The notes beneath the pieces were generated by a model that was given only the letters and a program-made list of their open reading frames with translations, did not search any database and was not told the DNA's origin. 40,794 nt of DNA from a virus. Below are positions 36,142 through 40,794 of the stretch, piece by piece (the stretch's first letter is position 1; each line of letters opens with the position of its first letter). The translations under genes were made by a program, and so were the position numbers. The stretch spans positions 1 through 40,794 of IMG/VR virus record IMGVR_UViG_3300018069_000018; one strand, written 5' to 3'.

Positions 36142-36313
36142 ATAGCGTCGTCCTTCGCCACCCCCGAGTGGGTGACTCGCGCCGTTTCTGACGCTAGCCG
36201 ACATGTGAGGATAGCAGCCTAAAAAGCCCCGAGGTCCACGTGCACGTGTAACTCCAGGAGGCCTCGGAAACCACCCGCCTTTTTACCGTGGTTTGGGCCG
36301 TCGGGTCTCGTGT

Positions 36314-36538
36314 ATGCCGACGCTCGAAACACGCACTGGCGACGCACAGATCACTGAACTCCGGCAAGTCGAGGGCGGCGGCCGCGTCGCCGTCGAACTC
36401 GGCGACCGCAAGTGGCACGTCGACATCCTCGAGCAAGATGGCGTGCAGGTCGTCGCCTCCTGGAAGGGTGGCGAGCTCGCCGATGTCGAACTGCCTGCGG
36501 AGGTGGCAGAACGTCTCGAAGAGTACGCAGGGGTCTAA
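36314..36538 (+). CDS. Hypothetical protein (74 aa)
   Basis: TTTTTA box about 27 nt upstream; acidic. Confidence 0.7.
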   Translation: MPTLETRTGDAQITELRQVEGGGRVAVELGDRKWHVDILEQDGVQVVASWKGGELADVELPAEVAERLEEYAGV

Positions 36539-36546
36539 GGATGGGG

Positions 36547-36711
36547 TTAGCTACTCGCCGCCGCCGGGTTCAGATTTCCCTCGGCATCCTCATCCTCCTC
36601 AAGGAGGCGTTTGATGACATCCTCGAAGCTATCGCCAGGTTCCTTCCGGCGGTTCAGGCGCTTCCACGTGTCGTCGGTGACGCGGATGTGCTTGTCCGCT
36701 TTGCGAGCCAT
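36547..36711 (-). CDS. Ribbon-helix-helix / antitoxin-like DNA-binding protein, paralog 1 (54 aa), not in ORF track
   Basis: MARKADKHIRVTDDTWKRLNRRKEPGDSFEDVIKRLLEE; TTTATA box about 25 nt upstream on the minus strand. Confidence 0.82.
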   Translation of the reverse strand: MARKADKHIRVTDDTWKRLNRRKEPGDSFEDVIKRLLEEDEDAEGNLNPAAASS

Positions 36712-36745
36712 ATCCGAGGTATGGACGGCCCCCGGTATAAACTAT

Positions 36746-36821
36746 TACCCACAGTCGACGTGGTTTACCACGTTAACCATGAAAACGAGAGTAACCTATT
36801 TGTATCGTGCGCGTGTGGGTA
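36746..36821. promoter_or_regulatory. Symmetric operator between the two RHH genes
   Basis: Central ACGTGGT-TT-ACCACGT (36758-36773) flanked by inverted TACCCACA (36746-36753) and TGTGGGTA (36814-36821). Confidence 0.65.
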
Positions 36822-36828
36822 CTGACAG

Positions 36829-36954
36829 ATGGCAGAGACTCAAGAAACACACGCGGTCAAGGTCACCGAGGAGACGTGGCGCGACCTAAACTCGCGTAAA
36901 CACCCCGGAGACACGTTCGATGACGTGATTACGCGACTCCTCGACGAGAATTAG
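36829..36954 (+). CDS. Ribbon-helix-helix / antitoxin-like DNA-binding protein, paralog 2 (41 aa), not in ORF track
   Basis: MAETQETHAVKVTEETWRDLNSRKHPGDTFDDVITRLLDEN aligns without gaps to paralog 1. Confidence 0.82.
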   Translation: MAETQETHAVKVTEETWRDLNSRKHPGDTFDDVITRLLDEN

Positions 36955-37059
36955 ACCGCCCTGTCGCACACCCGCGCTCCACCCTACCAAGAATCGAGCG
37001 CGGGCGTGCGGGGGTGGTCCCGGAATAGCCCAGTCAAACGAGCAACCGATTCCGAGACC

Positions 37060-37245
37060 ATGCAAAGCAACGAACGCACCCGATTAGAAAGCACCGACAC
37101 GAATAGTAAGTCAGCGACTACCACCGAAACCGCGCCCTACGTCTGCACCCGAGATGGCTGCTTCGCCGCGTTCGGCACCACCAGTGCTCGCGACGACCAC
37201 GAGGACAGCGACCACGACGACGAAGAAGCGGAGGTGGCTGCCTGA
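37060..37245 (+). CDS. C2H2-type zinc-finger microprotein (61 aa)
   Basis: YVCTRDGCFAAFGTTSARDDHEDSDH. Confidence 0.7.
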   Translation: MQSNERTRLESTDTNSKSATTTETAPYVCTRDGCFAAFGTTSARDDHEDSDHDDEEAEVAA

Positions 37246-37397
37246 TGTCGGGGGAGAGTGAGGCGTTCCGCGATCAGCTCAACTCGAGCCTGGAGTCCGC
37301 CATCGCCGGCGACCACGACCTCGACGACATCCAGCAAGCCCTCGAAGACGCACACCAGCGCGTCCAGGAAATCCAACGCATCCGGAGTGATGCCTGA
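37245..37397 (+). CDS. Small helical protein (50 aa), not in ORF track
   Basis: TGATG coupling at both ends; MSGESEAFRDQL.. Confidence 0.65.
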   Translation: MSGESEAFRDQLNSSLESAIAGDHDLDDIQQALEDAHQRVQEIQRIRSDA

Positions 37398-37705
37398 TGG
37401 CGGACGCTGCTGGAGACACGGCAGTCAGTCCTCGCTACGGTCGCGGGCAGCTACTGATGATGACAAACACCGGCTGCTACTGGCACGTCGTCAGCCGGTT
37501 CAGAAACATCGACACTGGCGAGGTCTGGTACCGGGTTGCGAACCCGACGCATTCGCAGGACCTCCGCTACCGCGAGGAGGATGTCCCGGCGGCGCTCGAA
37601 GACGTTGGCGTCAGCCTGCCGGTCGGCATCAAGCCCGCCTCCGTGTTCGGTGAGCGCGGCGACGACGGCATTCTTCGCGGGAAGAACGAGGGGGTGAGCG
37701 CGTGA
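37397..37705 (+). CDS. Hypothetical protein (102 aa)
   Basis: Coupled ORF. Confidence 0.65.
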   Translation: MADAAGDTAVSPRYGRGQLLMMTNTGCYWHVVSRFRNIDTGEVWYRVANPTHSQDLRYREEDVPAALEDVGVSLPVGIKPASVFGERGDDGILRGKNEGVSA

Positions 37706-38277
37706 TGTCGGCGAGGACTGCCTCACCGCCGACGATCTACGATGTCGTCGAACTGCCCGCAGCGGAGAAGGGCGGCGAGTGCCAGATGCAAGCCGGACCG
37801 CGCGATGCTCACCACCCGTGCGGGAACCGGGTTGAGTTCGTGTTCGTGTACGCGGCCAGCGAACGCCCCTACGAAGACGACCGACGGAACATGCTCGCCT
37901 GCCGCGAGTGCATCCCCCGCATCTCCCCGGAGGTACAAGCACAACTCCGCGACCAGCCCAGCCGCGTCAACCACGGCACCGTCCCGGAAGCACTCGACGA
38001 GGCGACGCTCACACAGGAGTACGCCGAGCTCAACGAACGCCGGTTCTCCCGCACCGCCAGCGAAGCCGACCGGGAACGCCGTATCGCGGTCTGGAACGAA
38101 CTGCTCGAGCGCACCGACGTCGAGCAACCGGAGTGCCCCGAGTGTGGCAGCCAGCGCTGGGGGTTCACCGACCACACCGAGTGCATGAGCTGTGGCTACG
38201 GGCCGACCGACCCGGAGCTCCTCGGCGAGATTCAGAGTGCGTGGGACCAGGTCATGGCCGCTGGAGGTGACGCCTGA
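37705..38277 (+). CDS. Zinc-finger protein (190 aa)
   Basis: C..HPC..CREC and CPECG..CMSCG motifs. Confidence 0.75.
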   Translation: MSARTASPPTIYDVVELPAAEKGGECQMQAGPRDAHHPCGNRVEFVFVYAASERPYEDDRRNMLACRECIPRISPEVQAQLRDQPSRVNHGTVPEALDEATLTQEYAELNERRFSRTASEADRERRIAVWNELLERTDVEQPECPECGSQRWGFTDHTECMSCGYGPTDPELLGEIQSAWDQVMAAGGDA

Positions 38278-38534
38278 TGGCGGCCACCGACGAGGACCTC
38301 ATCAAAGCCTGCCCCGAATGTGGCGAAGCCGCAGTCCGCGCTCGCCGCCCCAAGAAACCATGCTCGCGAGCCACCGGGAGTGACGCTCGGTACCGCTGCA
38401 GTAGCTGTCAAGCACGCTTCGACGACCCCCTCGAGCGCCCCTCACAGAGCAACACCGGCCCCGGTACCGGGTCGGCGTTGACCGCGAAGCTCGCCGCGAT
38501 GGACCCTGAGGATGTCGGAGGTGGGTCCGCGTGA
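38277..38534 (+). CDS. Zinc-ribbon protein (85 aa)
   Basis: GGAGGTGA RBS; CPECG..YRCSSC. Confidence 0.75.
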   Translation: MAATDEDLIKACPECGEAAVRARRPKKPCSRATGSDARYRCSSCQARFDDPLERPSQSNTGPGTGSALTAKLAAMDPEDVGGGSA

Positions 38535-38893
38535 GCACGCACGAATGCGACGCCTGCGGCGACACCTTCGAGACGCTCACCAGGCTGCGCCTCCACGAGA
38601 AAGACGACTGCCCGCAGCGGAAACAGTACGCCGACATCGACCCCGACGCTCCCGACGTCGGCGACCAAACCGCGGAAGAACTACTCTCGTGCCGGGGCTG
38701 CGGTCGCGAGAACCCCCACGCTGACTTCGAGTTCTCGACCGACTACGACGGCAGCGACTTCCACTACATCGTCGAGTTCGACTGCCAGCACTGTGGGTTC
38801 GAGAACGAAAACCGGGCGGTGATGACTGGCGTCGACGCCAGCGACCTCGACGACCTCCCGCCCCACCTCCAACCCCAGGAGGGGCAGCCATGA
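38531..38893 (+). CDS. Zinc-finger protein (120 aa)
   Basis: HECDACGDTFETLTRLRLHE plus CRGC..CQHC. Confidence 0.75.
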   Translation: MSTHECDACGDTFETLTRLRLHEKDDCPQRKQYADIDPDAPDVGDQTAEELLSCRGCGRENPHADFEFSTDYDGSDFHYIVEFDCQHCGFENENRAVMTGVDASDLDDLPPHLQPQEGQP

Positions 38894-39225
38894 GCGCGAC
38901 CTACCAACCCGGCATCCACACCAGCAGGCACCTCGAAGAGGACCGCTGGCCGCGCCGCGCAACCCTCACACGGGACGTCGACCCCGAAACCGCATGGTGC
39001 CGCGCCCACCCCCTCCAGCTCCCCGAAGGCCACACCACAGGCGCGTACCCCAGGCTCCCCAAGAACGACGAGGCACGCATCGACCCCGAAACACGGACCG
39101 TCATCTTCCGCCGGAACAGCGTGCTCGTGACGTGCTTCGACCTCGACACCGTCACGAGCTATCACGGCCACGCCGTCCGCGCCGCCGTCCAAGAGCAGTA
39201 CCCGGAGCTGATCAACGATGAGTAG
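38890..39225 (+). CDS. Hypothetical protein (111 aa)
   Basis: ATGA overlaps at both ends. Confidence 0.7.
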   Translation: MSATYQPGIHTSRHLEEDRWPRRATLTRDVDPETAWCRAHPLQLPEGHTTGAYPRLPKNDEARIDPETRTVIFRRNSVLVTCFDLDTVTSYHGHAVRAAVQEQYPELINDE

Positions 39226-39427
39226 TACCAACGCTCGCCACCGCGAGTTCGACGACCTCAGCGACCAGGAGGACCGCATCGCAGCTGCCCTCGAGGACGC
39301 TCGCGATGACCTCGAAGCCGTCGCGGACAGCGACACCGCGTTCAGCGACAACGCCCAAGCCGCACTCGACTGGCTCGACACCCACACCAACGACGACGAA
39401 ACCGGAGGTGAGGCCAGTGGCGAGTGA
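39218..39427 (+). CDS. Hypothetical protein (69 aa), convergent with the integrase
   Basis: Ends GGEASGE, like the 5234-6175 ORF. Confidence 0.7.
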   Translation: MSSTNARHREFDDLSDQEDRIAAALEDARDDLEAVADSDTAFSDNAQAALDWLDTHTNDDETGGEASGE

Positions 39428-39428
39428 G
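39403..39428 (+). repeat. 26-bp direct repeat, copy 2
   Basis: Identical to 6151-6176; abuts the integrase stop codon. Confidence 0.9.
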
Positions 39429-40658
39429 TTATTCGTCGGTCTCGAACGCGACGCGAACCCCGGGAACCTCTTCGGTGAGGTCCTTCAGCGCCATCACGGA
39501 CTCGGCGAGCTCGGGATTGTCTGCGATCGCCTGCATCATATCCTGATCCTGGGACGCCGCTTCAGCTGCGGCCTCCGAGGACAACGCCTGCCCACACCAC
39601 ATACACCGCGACTCACGCTGGGGTGTCTCCCGGTCGCACCGCGGACACGTCACAGGCGCGAACTCCGCGCTGTCGTCGTCCTCGGAGACTTCGAGCCCCA
39701 TCAGTTCGGCGTACTCACTGCCGACGTCGTCGTCGAAGATAGCGGTGTAGCGGGCGACGGCATCCGACCCGTGCTTTCGTCCTTGGCGGCGTTCGATGTG
39801 GCGGGCGTTCATCCCCTGCCGGCACAGCCACGCCAGATTCGACTTCCGGAACGCCGTCGGCGTGACGTCCTTCTCGACGTCGGCACGGTTGGCGGGCCGC
39901 TTGAACATATCGAGGTAGGAGTTATAGGAGAGTCGGCTGGGGGACTGCAGGCTCGTCCACAGATAGGTGTCGTCGCCGCTGCCGGGATGGTCGCTGAGCC
40001 AGCGCTGGACGTGCGGCGTCGACGGGATCAAGTCGACGGAGCGCTGCCCGGTCTTCCCGTCGACCTGGACGACGAGACCGTGGTCGGAGTCACTGATGTC
40101 GCCCAAGGTGAGGTCGTAGAGTTCGCCGCCGCGGAGCCCGGCGTCGAACTGCAGCGCGATCGCAGCTTCGTCGCGCGTGTTCCGACACTCCTCGAGCATC
40201 GGTTCGATGTCAACCTCCCAGCGCAGCATCGCGCCCGGGGCGGGGCTCGGGTCGTAGTCATTGGGAAGCGTGGAGTTCACCCAGTCAATCGACGGCGGTG
40301 GGTCGTCTCCGTTCTCGTCGGTGACACGCCGGCCGAAGACGCGGAGCGCGACGCGGTAGTTCTGGTTAGTCTCGGGGGTCTCGCCAAGGTCGTAGGTGTC
40401 GTGAATCCAGCGGACGGCCTCCTCGGTGGCGTCGCGATCCTCAAGCGTCTCGGCAAGTTCCGGTGGTGCGTTTTCGCTGATGCGGACGCAGTGCCGGAGG
40501 AGCTTCTCGTGGCGATGCCAGCCGTAGGTTTCCCGGAGGAGTTTGAGGCGGTCGCTGAACTCGATGAGGATGTCCTGGTCGCGCTGGGTGGGGATGTCGC
40601 GGGTCCCGTCTTGGATGCGTTCGCGGAGATTGTCGACGCGTTCCTGGGGCGTGGACAT
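39429..40658 (-). CDS. int: Tyrosine integrase, SNJ2-like haloarchaeal type, with C-terminal zinc ribbon
   Basis: DAGLRGGEL (R), DGKTGQRSV (K), TPTAFRKS (R), ARY (Y); C-terminal CPRC..CMWC; adjacent to att. Confidence 0.92.
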   Translation of the reverse strand: MSTPQERVDNLRERIQDGTRDIPTQRDQDILIEFSDRLKLLRETYGWHRHEKLLRHCVRISENAPPELAETLEDRDATEEAVRWIHDTYDLGETPETNQNYRVALRVFGRRVTDENGDDPPPSIDWVNSTLPNDYDPSPAPGAMLRWEVDIEPMLEECRNTRDEAAIALQFDAGLRGGELYDLTLGDISDSDHGLVVQVDGKTGQRSVDLIPSTPHVQRWLSDHPGSGDDTYLWTSLQSPSRLSYNSYLDMFKRPANRADVEKDVTPTAFRKSNLAWLCRQGMNARHIERRQGRKHGSDAVARYTAIFDDDVGSEYAELMGLEVSEDDDSAEFAPVTCPRCDRETPQRESRCMWCGQALSSEAAAEAASQDQDMMQAIADNPELAESVMALKDLTEEVPGVRVAFETDE

Positions 40659-40665
40659 ACCCTTT

Positions 40666-40689
40666 CCTTTAACCGTTGGCTGTTAAGGG
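40666..40689. promoter_or_regulatory. Imperfect palindrome holding opposed TATA-like boxes next to att
   Basis: CCTTTAACCG-TTGG-CTGTTAAGGG; the minus-strand box is about 24 nt from the int ATG. Confidence 0.5.
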
Positions 40690-40695
40690 TTTGGC

Positions 40696-40714
40696 TCAAA
40701 TCCCTTTACCGGCT
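40696..40714 (+). repeat. att core, right junction (19 bp)
   Basis: Duplicate of the tRNA-Thr 3' end at 81-99. Confidence 0.95.
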
Positions 40715-40794
40715 CTACGACGCGGGCTCGAAGCCTGCATCCCGTTCTCTGATTTCTACGCGCCGAGCGTGAGCGCCGTCTAACCGGGGCGCTC

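Larger units (their letters stand above)
81..40714. mobile_element. Complete haloarchaeal tailed provirus (Caudoviricetes, siphovirus-like), excised circle about 40.6 kb
   Basis: Bounded by 19-bp tRNA-derived direct repeats with an integrase at the right end; full packaging, head and tail gene set, no sheath gene. Confidence 0.93.

Noticed and set aside
35893-36155. TTTCCAG repeats as canonical ORB elements
   Set aside because: Only a partial match to the TTCCAGTGGAAAC core, and the G-string is on the wrong side; kept only as an unexplained repeat.
39306-40772. 488-aa plus-strand ORF spanning the integrase
   Set aside because: It is the antisense shadow of a high-GC gene, with non-acidic composition and no motifs. 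It does have an RBS and GTG at 39417 from the 26-bp repeat, so minor translation is not excluded.

Overview
The window holds an apparently complete ~40.6 kb haloarchaeal provirus, judged from the high GC content, very acidic proteins and Tat/LAGC lipoproteins. It is integrated in the 3' end of a tRNA-Thr(CGT) gene (26-99). A perfect 19-bp att core, TCAAATCCCTTTACCGGCT, sits at 81-99 and 40696-40714, next to a tyrosine integrase (39429-40658, minus). Gene order is siphovirus-like: Rep-like gene and accessory block; holin-like gene; TerS, TerL, portal, protease/scaffold and HK97-type capsid; neck, tail tube, chaperone with a -1 frameshift site, short tape-measure-position protein, tail proteins and fibre; a PhiH1-like repressor switch; early zinc-finger genes; Cdc6/Orc1; a second two-gene RHH switch; more zinc-finger genes; integrase. 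No tail sheath, DNA polymerase, MCM, IS or CRISPR array was seen. Most notable: (1) a 26-bp direct repeat that in the excised circle brackets a ~7.4 kb int-attP-Rep block; (2) two unannotated paralogous ribbon-helix-helix genes head-to-head around a symmetric operator; (3) a repeated TTAACCAACA inverted-repeat site; (4) a portal-KTSC fusion; (5) a methyltransferase with only its SAM-binding half, next to a Zn-HTH repeat protein and a DUF6884-like gene; (6) a proline-rich 11-aa repeat tape measure. All functional calls come from motif recognition by eye; no database search was run.
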